This document shows, one piece after another, positions 1 to 24,122 of a stretch of 64,000 nucleotides of DNA. The stretch is taken from the NCBI RefSeq assembly GCF_009914755.1, contig NC_060925.1; one strand, written 5' to 3'. The stretch comes from the human T2T-CHM13v2.0 reference genome, Homo sapiens. A program made the position numbers and the translations under genes. The notes below the pieces were generated by a model. It saw nothing but the letters and a program-made list of their open reading frames with translations, did not search any database and was not told where the DNA came from. Numbering within the stretch: the stretch's first letter is position 1; each line of letters begins with the position of its first letter.

Positions 1-510
1 GGCTGGTCTCGAACTCCCAACCTCAGGTGATCTGCCCACCATAGCCTCCTAAAGTGCTAGGATTACAGGCATGAGCCACCACGTCTGGCTTTTATTAAAT
101 AATATTTTAACAAGGTATCTGATTTAACATTTAATGAGCAAATTCACATTAAATATTAACAACAAGGAATCCTAACTTTCATAAATGTTATTAATCAGCA
201 AGCAGATACCATGATGGGTAGAAAAAGACATAAAATTTTTAATAACCAGAATACAACTGAGTACCACATGTATAAATGCTTTTTAAGAAAAATACTTCAA
301 AATAGAAGGGTAAATAAAATCTTAATAAGATACCTCTCCATTTAATACACCGTAAAGTCGAAGTTGAGCTATTTCCAAATCCTAGGAATCAGGTTCAAAG
401 TGCAACACAGCACCACTGCAAGGGGAAAATCTGTCTAGACTAGAATAAGGAATCTTATCAGTGAGAGTTATTGAACTCTCTTAAAACTGCAGTTAAAAAA
501 TAAAAAAAGA

Positions 511-615
511 GGCCAGGCACAGTGGCTCACGCCACTGCACTCCAGCCTGAGTGACAGAGCGAGACTCCATCTCAAAAAAAATAAATAAATAAACAAAAAA
601 TAAAATAAAAAAAGA
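511..615 (+). mobile_element. Internally deleted mini-Alu
   Basis: Alu 5' end joined to the 3' end through cacgcc. TSD aaaataaaaaaaga at 497-510 and 602-615. Confidence 0.85.
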
Positions 616-690
616 AAACCCCTATGTTTGTATGTTTACTGTTCTGCAAAGTAGATTCATACCTTTCATCAGATTTTCAAAAGGGCCCTA

Positions 691-1058
<368 letters not shown>

Positions 1059-1089
1059 CAGAATACTTCACATGAACTTGTAGATTCAA

Positions 1090-1430
1090 AACAGACCTGT
1101 ATTCAAATTACATGTCTCCAAGTCCCATTTTCCTTTGTTGTAAATAAAGGTTGTCATAAGTATTAAATAATATCATGAATGTAAAGCATTTAGCACAGTG
1201 TCTGGGACACTGTAGTCACTCAATAAATGTTAAAAGATCCACCAAAGTTCAAATCCAACCTCTACCACACACTACCTGGATAACTTTGGGCAGGATACGT
1301 CACCTCTGTGTCTATTTGCCAACTAACAATGGGGAATGTAATTATACCTACCTCATACAGTTGTCATAAGGATTGAGTTAATACACATAAAATGCTTAGA
1401 AAAGTAACTGTTACACAGTAAGTGTTACTT
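1090..1430 (+). mobile_element. Two tandem MIR remnants
   Basis: aatgtaaagcatttagcacagtgtctgg...ctcaataaatgtt and tacctacctcatacagttgtcataaggatt. Confidence 0.7.
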
Positions 1431-1453
1431 ATAGTAATAAAGAAAATGTTCTA

Positions 1454-1677
1454 CAGATTGAGTATCCCTATCTGAAAAATTTGGAACCAGAAATGTTTCA
1501 GATTTCAGATTTTGGAACACCTGCAAACAGTTACCAGTTCAGCACCCCCAATCTGAAAATCCAAAATCTGAACTGCTCCATTGAGCATTTCCTTTGAGAA
1601 TAATGCTGGTACACAAAAAGTTTCAGGTTTTAGAACATATCAGATTTTGAATGTTTTGATTAGAGATGCTCAACCTG
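1454..1677. mobile_element. Tigger4a/MER46-type MITE
   Basis: Imperfect TIRs cagattgagtatcccta and tagagatgctcaacctg flanked by TA dinucleotides. Confidence 0.85.
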
Positions 1678-3780
1678 TATAAACTGTTCTGTTGAGTTTT
1701 TCACCAGTTAACTCCTCTGCCTAGGTTTGGTCAATTTTTGTTATCTATTTCATGGCTCATTACACTATGTAGCTGTAACCTTATCCTCCACCTCAAAGGC
1801 TTTAACTGATGTATGTACACTCATTCCAATATCTTGTAAGATGCAGTCCAAACTTGCTGCCCACCTACATTTTATGGCTTCTTAGAGTTCATCTAGATAC
1901 CATCTTTCTCTGTTTAACCATGCTTCACTCCTCCAAGTACTTTTGCTTAATGAGAACCCAGAAAAACTATACCAGTAAATGTTACTACTTATTTACATAT
2001 TTTTGTTCTCATTTACATAATCATTAATGTCTCTTCCTCACATTCCCACATGTACTTAAAACAACGTATCACCATCTTGCCTGGTAAAATGAGCACTCTT
2101 AAAGACAAGGATCATAGTGTCCACCACTGCTTTCTCACATTACCAGGCACAAAACCTTGCATATAGCTCTCATTCAATATATGTTTTCTAAATTAAGTTT
2201 ATCTCAATATTCTTAAAAGCTCTGCAACATCTCCAATGTTTAGTCCCCTGGAAAAGCAAGCTCCAAGAGGCCAGAGGATCTTTCAGTTATTTTGTACTTA
2301 GGAAAACACAGAAAAGTAACTTCAAACACATTTTAGGCTGTCACAACAGGAAAGGCTGTTCTCTATTTAGAAAGAAAGGCCAAACAGAAAAAAGACTGAG
2401 TCTAACTCGTAGGAATTTTTACCGGGGGAGAGGAGGGGGTAGGAAAGCAGCAGCAGCATCTGGATTTCACAAATATTTGATGACACTGACTGTGAGGTTT
2501 GTCGAAAGAAAAGAGGATGAGCTAATCATGGGTAAGAATGAGATTTTTTTTGTTGTTTTACGTAAAAGGTGAGCACAGGAAGAATAGAGAAATGAAATAT
2601 ACTCAATCATGGTTATCTTATAAATCATTATAGAATTCAGTCAAAGATGATCTTTCAAAGTAATGCAAGACTTGAACTCAGCTAACTGTCCTATATTAAA
2701 ATTTTGGAAAAATAAATTTAAGACCACAAAGGAAAACGGCAAGCCACAACTTATTACTGCTAATACAATATTATTTTTCAATAATCTAGGAAAATTTTAA
2801 GGCCACTGTGGAAAACCATTTGCATCTAGTGATTGAATCAGGATAGAATTATTACCAATTTGCATATCAGGCAGTGGCAACTAAGACTGTGGAAAAAAAA
2901 AGTTTGATGCTTACTTTCTCTAATTGCTACAATAATGTATAAACATGATTTTTGTTAAAAAAAAGAAAAAGTAGTGCCCTCTTTACCCTTCAAATCCCAC
3001 TCCACTCCCTATGGCAAAATGATTAATACTCTGAAGCACATTATTACAAACCTTTCTATACACTTACAAATGTGTAAAAATAATAGCAACAACACAATAA
3101 TAAATATTCAATGACATGTTTTCCTCTCCACTTATCAAAACATTAGAGATCTTTCCAAGTCAATAAACATACCTACTTCATTCTTGTTCTAAATGTTTAA
3201 GTAGTACTTCATGGTGTAGATATAACTACATTCTTCTTAACTATTAATTTTTTAAAACTCCTTAATGAAAAGAACTATATAACCTACTAACATTTTAAGA
3301 GCCAAACATGTATGTGCAAACATAAAATAAAAAACAAACTACCTTCTTTTTGCTAAGTTTCAGATATGTCAATTAATATAAATTGGAACCACCCAAAAAC
3401 TGAAGAGAGGGCAGTTTTAGAATATCAAAGGTAAACTGACATTCCATAAACATTCTTGACAGCACAATAATAATTCTTAACTAGTAATAATAGACTGAAT
3501 CTTTTTGTAAGTGTAAAAAGAAACTTCCAAAGAACTTGAAAGTGGACTAATTGATATTGTTGTCTAGTAAGTTCATTTTATTATATTTCATTCCATTTCT
3601 TGAGAGTAGGTACAACCGCTACCACCCCCTCATACCCTGCATACAATAGGTTCTTCAGTGCAAATGACTGATTTTCAACATTAGCTAATGCAATTCATAT
3701 CAGATATAAAGAATAAATTGAAAATTCACATTAGCTTTAGTAGCCAAAATAAATGATTGATCTAATATAAGAAACATGTT

Positions 3781-5359
<1,579 letters not shown>

Positions 5360-5534
5360 TTTAATATTTTTTAAAAATAAAAAAGCAACACTATTGAAAT
5401 GAAAGTCATAAGCGTTTTATCTAACACCACACTAAGCTTGTTCAGATTTCATATCAAATAAACGGTATGAATAGTTTCTTCATTGTAGTTGTAAGAATAG
5501 AATACTTACTGATGGTGGCAGCAGCTGCTGGTAC

Positions 5535-5765
5535 ATATCTGAGTGATGACTGTGTATCAAGCTCTAGGAGGTTTAAATGGATTTGTCTCATTTAACCTTC
5601 TTAAGAACCTTTGGAGATCAGCACTATTATTATCTCCATTTTACTCATGAGGAAGGAAACTGAGGTGCAAGAAACTTACCCAATGACACACACAGCTGCT
5701 AGTGGAAGCGCCAGGATCTGAATTCATTTGGTCAGATTCCAGAGCCACTTAGCTGCTCTTAACAT
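5535..5765 (-). mobile_element. MIR
   Basis: ctcatttaacc...attattatctccattttac...gaaactgagg core. Confidence 0.75.
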
Positions 5766-5974
5766 TCTGCTCCCCATGTAACCTATAAACTCCAATTCAT
5801 CTGCTAATAAATATGAGTATTTTCATGATTTAAATATTATGTCATTCCCTTAGTAGAAACTCTTCAACAGCTCCTTCTATACATCAGATAAAACCCAAAT
5901 ACTTTATCAAAATCTTACAAAATTACATGACCTAGATTTTGTCAGCCTCTAGAAGGGCATTTTCAAACGCCCTT

Positions 5975-6090
5975 GCAGCTATTCACATTTAAATTAATGA
6001 AAATTAAATAAAATTTAAAATTCAGGTCCTTAATTGCATTAACCACGTTTCAAGTGCTCAAAAGGAAATGCTCTACTGGACAGCACGGTT
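5975..6090. mobile_element. MER3/MER33-like hAT fragment
   Basis: atttaaattaatgaaaattaaataaaatttaaaattcag...tttcaagtgctcaa...tggacagcac. Confidence 0.65.
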
Positions 6091-6231
6091 CTGAGCCACC
6101 AATCATCAGGAGGCTCCCACCTTAAGGCCTTGGAGCTCTGCAATATCTATTGGGAAGGTTTATGCTCTTCCTCTTCATCCATGAACAGCTGAATACATTT
6201 CATGGTTCAGGTATCACCTAAAATGGCATCT

Positions 6232-6463
6232 TCTCACAGGAACTGTAGGCCTCACAGCATGGACCCCTCTAAGTCTCCCTGGGCACACGCCACATGCAGA
6301 TTTCGGTGCTTTCCCAACCTTCTTGGTATAAAGGTCGACAATTCTATTACCAAGGGCTCATGACAGCCTAGTTTTGTTAGAGACTGTATTGTAGGGAAGT
6401 CTATGATGGTATTGTCACATGCTGGATCATTCTGAGTGCCTGTAGACAACGTCCCTGGAAGAG
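6232..6463 (-). pseudogene. RPL34 processed pseudogene fragment (5'UTR plus about the first 66 codons)
   Basis: Minus strand ctcttccagggacgttgtctacaggcactcagaATG (ATG at 6430-6428), then ...[48 protein letters not shown], matching RPL34. It is intronless, has a +1 frameshift near codon 7 and an in-frame TGA, and has no 3' half or poly(A). Confidence 0.93.
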
Positions 6464-6794
6464 ATATTTTTATTTTTTAATGGAGACAGGTTTTCACTTT
6501 GTTGTCCAGGCTGGAGTGCAGTGGTGTGATAATGGCTCACTGCAGCCTTGACCTCTGAGGCTCAAATGATCCTTCCACCTTCTCTCATATCTTAACAGAA
6601 ATGATCAGTTTTAAATCTTGTTTCTCTATTTCTAAACACTACAATTTTCATTATTTTTTACTTTCATATGTTTTTCTACCACCATCTAGTAGAGTACCAT
6701 AGATGGTATTGAACAAATACTGGCTAGATGAATAAATATTAATAATATTAACCAATCTTAATAATTTTGCCTAACGTTTGAGAAAATCTAGATT

Positions 6795-7022
6795 CAAGTT
6801 TCTCAACAGTGACACTACTGCCATTAGGGCCAGGATAATTCTTTATCATGAGATTGTTGCATGCACTTGGATGTTTAGATACTTACCTGGCCTCTACCCA
6901 CTAAATGACAGCAGCATCCTCTGTCCATCTCCTCAACCCTCACCAGCTGTGGCAGTCAAAAACATCTCCACACATAACTAAATATCTCTGGGGGTAAACT
7001 CACCTCCAGTTGAGAACAACTG
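6795..7022. mobile_element. MER20 hAT fossil
   Basis: caagtttctcaac...ggccaggataattcttt...cctggcctctacccacta...gttgagaacaactg. Confidence 0.85.
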
Positions 7023-7599
7023 ACTTAGGTATTTCCAAATGACTGGCAAATTCTAAGCTAAACATTATAAGAATGCCTAACATTATGAAAATATCTAAAT
7101 GCTATCATCTTGTATTTAAATTTATCAAATACAAAAATCTGGATTTCTAACTATGGTCAGTTATCATTCATAAATGCTACTGGAGAAAAAAATAATAATA
7201 ATTTATATACATAAATCTTCTTACAACCAAATCCTTTCTGTCTTAACAATCAAGAAAATTTCATTACTTTTCCATACCAAATAATTCAAACGCATTAAAC
7301 AGGAAAAAAAGATTAAATGGCTAAGAAGAAAGTTCTTTAAAAATTCCTAATTATTATGTTCCTACAGAATTAGGAAGATTATAACTGCTGTGTAATAACT
7401 TGGAAAAATATTTTCCAATACAATGTTGTATTAAAAAAGAAAACTAATCCAGGTACACTGGCTCATGCCTTTAATCCTAGGACTTGGAGAGGCCGAGCGA
7501 GGTGAGAGAATCGCTTGAGCCCAGGAGTTCGAGACCAGCCTGGGAAACACAGCAAGACCCTGCCTCTACAAAAAGTAAAGTATTCGCCGGGGTGGTTAC

Positions 7600-11700
<4,101 letters not shown>

Positions 11701-12042
11701 AAAGCAGAGATGTAAAGATAAATGATTCTTCTAAAAAAAGTATAAATAAATCTTTAGTTTAAATGATATATTTGCCATCTGTGCTAGATGATAGGACAAT
11801 CAAACAGATTTACATCTGGCTGGACACCATTGCCTAAAGAATATTGATCAACCCAAGCTAAACTTTTGTCTCTGGCGAGGTATCTCCACTGAAATCCTAG
11901 CCTACTCAATAGTGACCTGGCAAATACTCAACAGTGGCCTGGCAAAAGAAATAAAAGCATGGTTCTCTAATTAGATTAAACAAAGCTTTAGGGTAAAAGA
12001 ATCAAGATTTTATAAAATATAAAATGGCTAAATGTATCATGA

Positions 12043-16360
<4,318 letters not shown>

Positions 16361-16499
16361 TAAAAAAATACATTCAAAAGCTTAGATTCAAATATTTCCT
16401 GTAAACTGCATGACAGGCAGTGTGCTGTTGCTCACAGGATTTGGATGATCTATTCTCCAAAGTAATAAAATTACAGAATTACATGTCCTCATTTATGAG

Positions 16500-17680
16500 G
16501 TTTTATAACTCAGGTTTTTTCAACAAAATACTCGTTCCTCATTCAGTATTCATCTCCACAAATAGGACCACTCAGTTGCCCAAACCAAGATCTACGACAC
16601 CACCTTTACTCTTTTCTCTCACATCCCACATCCAAGACATCAACATATTCTACTGACTTTACTTCTCCTTACTCCCATTTCAATCACCACCACATGTCCA
16701 CATCACACAGTCTATTCTCCATACAGCAGCCACAGTGACCTTTTAAAAGTAAATTCACACCTACTCCTCTTAATCCTCCACTGGCTTTCTATTATATCTA
16801 GATTAAAATCCAAAATCTTTACTATGGTCTGTAATGTCCATGTATTAGTCCATTCTCACACTGCTATAGAACTACCTGAGACTGTGTAATTTAAAAAAAA
16901 AAAAAAAAGAAAGAAAAAAAAGAGGTTTAACTGACTCACAGTTCCACGTGGCTGGGGAAGCCCCAAGAAACTTACAATAATGGTAGAAAACGAAGAGGAA
17001 GCAAGGCACGTCTTACATGATGGCAGGAGAGAGAGAGAGAGCAAGGGGAGAAGTGCCACACCTTTGAACCATCAGATCTCATGAAAAATCATTCACTATC
17101 ACAAGAACAGCATGGGGAAAATCTGCCCCCATGATCCAATCACCTCCCACCAGGTCCCTCCCCTGACTTGTTGGGGATTACAATTCGACATGAGATTTAA
17201 GTAAGGACACAAAGCCAAACCATACCAGTCCACATAATCTGATGTCTCAAATCCAACCTCCCTCCATTCCAGCCACACTGGCTTTCTTCCATTTCTAAGA
17301 CTACATTGAGCTCACTCCTATCTCTGGGCCTCTGCACTGATGTTCCTTCTACCACAAATGTTTTTTTTTTCCTAGAAATCTTCAGTTTCAGCTTAATTGC
17401 CACCTTTTCAGAGAGACTTTCCCTGAGAGAATTAGTTAAGGTAGAATGGCCAGTCATTCTCTATCCCTTTATCCTGCTTTATTCTCATCAAGTTACTTAC
17501 TAAAACCCAATAGTATACTGTATATATATTTGTTTGCTGTCTTCTTATCCCATAAAGATGTAATATCCATGAGGGCTGAGGGTCTGTGTTGCTCCATTAC
17601 CATATCCTGAACACCTAGACCACTGCATGACACACAGTAAAAGCTTAAGCTTAAGTATTCAATGCTGAGTGATTAAATTC
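16500..17680 (+). mobile_element. L2 remnant split by the MSTA LTR
   Basis: ctattctccatacagcagccacagtgaccttttaaaa, cattccagccacactggc, and an L2-type 3' end near 17560-17680. Confidence 0.7.
16841..17227 (-). mobile_element. MSTA-type MaLR solo LTR inserted in an L2 remnant
   Basis: tgtattagtccattctcacactgctat...ccaaaccatacca with TG...CA ends and a 5-bp TSD gtcca at 16836-16840 and 17228-17232. Confidence 0.9.
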
Positions 17681-18339
17681 TTTTATAATAAACAATATAT
17701 AACCATTTATTATTTAAGAAATGTTATCTAAGGAATGGCATACAAAAAGCTGATACGAGATAAAGGGACAGAATAAAGCATAGGGTCTAAAAAAAAGACA
17801 AGAAAGACAAGCTACACTCCAAAAATGGTTATAGTATTTGCCTCCATAAATCACTCAGGATTACTAGAAGTTTTCATTTTTACTTATCTTAATTTAAAAA
17901 TAATAATTAAATGGTGAAAGTATACTTAGGTAATTAGAAAACATTATCGTATTTTAAGAGGGATTCTGACAATGATGCTGTTCTTTTGCATAGTACTTTT
18001 TGAAAAAACTATAAAAAACTAAGACCTAGAGAAAGGTTGTGCCAGAAAAAAATATTTTAAGTTTTCTTTTTTCTTAAGACACAGGATTTTGCTCTACTGT
18101 CCAGGCTGGAATTCAGAGGCGCAATCATGTATCACACTGCAGCCTCGACCTCCTGGGCTCAAGTGATTCTCCTGCCTCGGTCTCCCAACTACCTAAAATT
18201 ACAGGCTCGCACCACCATGCCTGGCTAGTTTATTTTTTGTTGAGATGGGGTCTCATTATGTTGCACAGGCTGGTATCAAACTACTGGGTTCAAGCAATCT
18301 TCCCGCCTTGGCCTCCCCAAGTGCTGAGATTACAGGTAG

Positions 18340-18633
<294 letters not shown>

Positions 18634-18718
18634 TAAGCCATCGCGCCTGGCCCAAAGGTTATTTTTCAAAGTGTTATTCAAAATGTTATTTTTCAATGAA
18701 CTGAAGGTTCCTAATGAT

Positions 18719-18850
18719 TAGGGTGACCAGATAATTTATAACAGAAACTGGGTCAATTCTAAGAGTGAATGGGGCTGCAGAAATAATTAATTGATCTACA
18801 ATAGGTGTTACTGAGCCTTCAGACAGACCAAGAAAAATATCCATTACCTA
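18719..18850. mobile_element. MER81-like hAT-Blackjack fossil
   Basis: tagggtgaccagataatttat...attaccta imperfect terminal inverted repeats. Confidence 0.6.
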
Positions 18851-20277
18851 CATGATACTCTTTTTTTTTTTTTTTTTTTTTTTGAGGGTCTCACTCTGTC
18901 ACCCAGGTTGGAGCATAGAGGTTTGATCAAAGCTTACTGCAGCCTTTAACTCCTGGCCTCAAGTGATCCTCTTGCCTCAGCCTCCAAAGTACATGGGACT
19001 ACAGGCACATGCCACCATGCCTGGTTAATTTGCAAATATACAAAGATCAGCTTAAAACCCCCCCAACCAACCTACATACTCTTTATTTCACTTCATATTA
19101 TGTCATAGTGAACTGTCTACTGGCCATTCCATTAACCACGCCTCTGGATCTTCACTTCCTAGAAGGCTTTGCCTTCTCTTCTCTACCTACAGAAGTCTTG
19201 CATCTTCTGCTTTAAGTGTCACTTTCTCAATGAAGTCACCTCTTCCTTTCGCATGCAATTAACACGTTCCTGTCTCTAATCAAAGGTTCTTAATCTGGAG
19301 CTTAGAAATGGCCTGATGAGGTGGGGCGCAGTGTCTCACACCTGTAATCCCAGCATATTGGAAGGTCAAGGTGGGCGGATCACTTGAGGTCAGGAGTTCG
19401 AGACCAGCCTGGCCAATATGGTGAAACCCCATCTTTACTAAAAATACAAAAATTAGCCAGGTGTGGTGATGTGCACCTGTAATCCCAGCTACTCAGGAGG
19501 CTGAGGCAGGAGAATCACTTGAACCAGGAGGCAGAGGTTGTAGTGAGCCAAGATCGAGCCACGGCACTCCAGCCTGGGCAACAGAGTGAGATTCCTTCTC
19601 AAAAAAAAAAAAAAAGAAAAAAAGAAATGGCCTGATGGACATCTGGGAAACTCTGAAATTATATGTAAACACTATGTATATGTGCCTCTTGAAAGAGAGA
19701 GCATTACAACTATTTTCAGATTCTAAAAGTGATTCACAACCCAAAATAATAGGAATCACTTCTCTATCATATCACTTTATATTAGAATTATTTATTTTCT
19801 TATCTCCCTCAGTAGACTATGAGTCCTTTTAAGGTATCCTATCTATATCCACAGGAATAAATGGTATGTTGAACCGAAATATTTAAAAGATAGGTTTCAC
19901 TCCCTAATTCCCCTAAATTACCTTAGGTTCACTGTAAAACACCTAAAATTTACTTCTAATATTATTAGCTTCATCCTCTAACTTTTAAATTTTCTTTCAT
20001 ATGGCTGGGCATGGTGGCTCACGCCTGTAATCCCAGCACTTTCGTAGGCCAAGGTGGGTGGATCACTTGAGCCCAGGAATTTGAAACCAGCCTGCTCAAC
20101 CAAGTAAGAATCCTCAAAATAATTATTTTCCCTTCATTTATGAATTTGAATCATCTAATATAAAAAATTAAATGGGCTGGGCATAATGGCTCATGTCTAT
20201 AATCCCAGCACTTTGGGAGGTGGAGGCAGGAGGACTGCTTGAGCTCGGGAGTCTGACCAACCTGAGCAACATCATAA

Positions 20278-20475
<198 letters not shown>

Positions 20476-20921
20476 TAGTAGAGACGGGGTTTCACTGTGT
20501 TAGCCAGGATGGTCTCGATCTCCTGACCTCGTGATCCACCTGCCTCGGCCTCCCAAAGTGCTGGGATTACAGGCATGAGCCACCGTGCCCAGCCAAAAAA
20601 ATTTTTTAATTAGCATGCACAGTAGCATGTGACTGTAGTCCCAGTTACTTGGGAGGCTGAGGCAGGAGGATAACTTGAGGCCAGGAGTTCAAGGCTGCAG
20701 TAATCCATAATCATGCCACTGCACTCCTGCCTGGGTGACAGAGTGAGACCCGATCTCTTAAAAATGAAAAAAAATTAAATTTCCTTCTGTTAAAAACAGT
20801 GTTCATGGCCAGGCACAGTGGCTCAGGCCTGTAATCCCAGCACTTTGAGGGGCTGAGGTGGTGGATCACTTGAGGTCAGGAGTTCGAGACCAACCAACAT
20901 GGTGAAACTCTGTCTCTACTA

Positions 20922-21086
<165 letters not shown>

Positions 21087-21307
21087 TTAAAAAAAAAGTG
21101 TTCACTCTTCTAAACTTTCAGCATTTTGAAAATATGTAATCAAGGAGAATAAAAAGTAAAACTTAAAAAATTTAAAGTTTAGAAAATGTAAAACTGATAA
21201 AATTTTTAAGAAAAAAAATCCAGAAAGAAAATAAAACTCAAGAGTCCAAAAAGAATACAAAGCTGCCTATAATCCCAGCACGTTGGGAGGCCAAGGCAGG
21301 TGGATCA

Positions 21308-21622
<315 letters not shown>

Positions 21623-21799
21623 TCACTCCATTTCTTAGATTAAGATGATATGGAAAGGGCCTATCATTCTATTCAGAATTTTATTGAACTTTTTGCCAAA
21701 AATTTGTCATGTGTCAATCAAACAAACACTGCCTATAATTAATACCAAGGATTCACACACAAAAGCACACACACAATTTGACAACCTTCAGACACTCAC

Positions 21800-21875
21800 C
21801 GTGCTGTAGACTGCTGAGACAGCGGGAGTGAAGATTCGATCCTCAAGAGGTTGTTGCACAGGTCCTCTAGGAATT
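21800..21875 (-). CDS. EIF4G3: EIF4G3 5' leader exon (76 nt). It is 5'UTR for the AUG isoform and coding for the upstream non-AUG-initiated extended isoform.
   Basis: Minus strand reads tcttatccttaactcgctcttctag|AATTCCTAGA...TACAGCACG|gtgagt, with branch-like TTAAC, a pyrimidine tract, AG and a strong GTGAGT donor. One nt plus 25 stop-free codons give IPRGPVQQPLEDRIFTPAVSAVYST, recognised from memory as the eIF4GII N-terminal extension. Several CpGs are retained in a CpG-depleted background. Confidence 0.9.
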
Positions 21876-23804
21876 CTAGAAGAGCGAGTTAAGGATAAGA
21901 GAATTCAAAAATGGATGCTTAATAGTTAGAGAAAATTGCAACCACAAAATTCCACCAACGACCTAAGCATTTTCACCCAATTAGTGAGTTATATACTTCT
22001 CCACTAAAACTAAAAACCAAATGTTTCAAATGTCCTAAAATGACTAAATCAATCTCTTCAAAAGCCTTCCCATGATAAACATTCCATGGAATCTCAAAAC
22101 AAACACAACTATACAATAAGTGTCCAAACTTTAGACCCATGATGAGACTCTGCCACCTTTACTTTGTACTAAAAATAACTGGCTGGGCACAGTGGCTCAA
22201 GCCTATAATCCCAACACTTTTGGAGGTCAAACTGAGAGAATCACTTAAACCCCAAGAGTTCAAGACAAGCCTGGGCAACACAGCAAGACCTCATCTCTAC
22301 TAAATTAGCCGAGTGTGGTTGCCAGCACCTGTAGTCTCCGGGAGGCTGAGGTGGTAGGATCACTTGAGCACAGGAGTTTAACAAGTTGCAATTAGCAAAC
22401 CTCTCTACCAAAAAAAAAAAAAAGCCTAAATAAATCAGCATGAGACAGGAACTGCCAGAAATTTTCTACAGAATTTGAATTCAAAGAAATGACCCATGTA
22501 AAACTCTGTACACTACAACATACTTCCTTCCTAATTCTGCCTGCCATTGTGCTTATTACCAGTTCTCACCAAACTCTGTATCTCCAAGCATAAATCATTG
22601 GATGTTTCTTTCCCTCTGAGCTCAAGATACAGGCAAAACAGCTTTTCATAGTGCTACTTAAAATTCTAATTCAATAAATGAGCAGTGTAACATGCACATA
22701 CAATAATCCAGAACATGCTGATTTTTCATAACCCATGATTGAAATACAGTAGTACATCCACTTGATATTTCTGTATTTCAAATTGCTGTGATTTATATCA
22801 TTAGGAAGTACAAGCAAAACTATTAGTAAGATTACATAGATGGTATGCAATACTGAATTAAGACTCTAAGTAGAAATATAAATGTAAAAAATTTCGAATT
22901 CTCCTCTTTCTTTTTTCTAGTAGAATAATAACAAAAGACAAATTTCAGAAATAAATATAATTTGATGGTTAAAGACTCTGATTATTAAAGTACTCACTAC
23001 ATACATGCTACAACAAATGCCAACTAGGCAAATACACTTGCAAAGACTAAATTTCATCAGAGAAATCCAAGAATCCATGAGGATATTACATGACATGTAT
23101 TACTGATATGAATGTTTCCTACTTATGCAGAAAAGAGAGGACCAATACATTTTAAAGAACAAATGTTTATGAAACTTCATGAAGGATGAACTCTCTTCAA
23201 AATAAACCTTCTTGATCAATGGTAATCATGTCTGGCACTGGGGTTGTTTACAGTCAGTACCTCCTTAAAAGGTGGATTTGCACAAAGTAGAAAAGAAGAA
23301 GTGAAAATAAACAGAAATTGTCTTTCAGTCTGCCAAAACACTAATGTTCCATTTATAATTCCCAGCTGAACGTTCCTAAACCTTGCCCCACTCCACTACA
23401 AGAAAAACTACTGCTCTAATGTTCAGCATAAGCAATATTCTTAAAGTGAAAGACTCAAGTTATCATTTCCTCATTGAAAGGAAGATCAAGGATACAAATG
23501 TCATCAAATAAATACTGATTTATAGGTAAAATAGGCAACTAATATCAGGAGATAAAAAAATAATGCAAAGGGTCTTTTTCTATATTATTTCTTATTTAGG
23601 CCAAGATGTCAATGTCAATTTATGCTTTCTCTACTTCTTATTTCTACATAGTTCTGAAATAAAAAAGGAAGTTAACTTCTATAATACATAAAGTAATGGC
23701 AGAATTTCTAAACTATACCCTATTTCACAAAGATACCGAACAGGATTTCTCAAAACATGTACTGTTTAAAATACAGTTACTTTGGAAACAGCTATAGTCT
23801 TCTT

Positions 23805-24122
23805 TTTTTAATTTTTTATTTTTTGAGACAGAGTCTCGCTCTGTCACCCAGGCTGGAGTTCAGTGGCATAATCTCAGCTCACTGCAACCTCTGCCTTCCA
23901 GGTTCAAGCAATTCTCGTGACTCAGCCTCCTGTGACTCAGCCTCCCAAGCAGCTGGGACTATAGACATGCGCTACCACAGCCGGCTAATTTTTTGTATTT
24001 TTAGTAGAGATGGGGCTTTGCAATGTTGCCCAGGCTGGTCTCGAACTCCTGAGCTCAGGCAATCCACCCACCTCGGCCTCCCAAAGTGCTAGGATTACAG
24101 GCATAAGCCACCGCACCTGACC
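23805..24122 (-). mobile_element. AluS/J with an internal 14-bp tandem duplication
   Basis: gtgactcagcctcc repeated at 23917-23930 and 23932-23945. Confidence 0.9.

Noticed and set aside
6252-6449. 65-aa ORF MSTGTQNDPACD...
   Set aside because: It is an off-frame reading of the RPL34 pseudogene.
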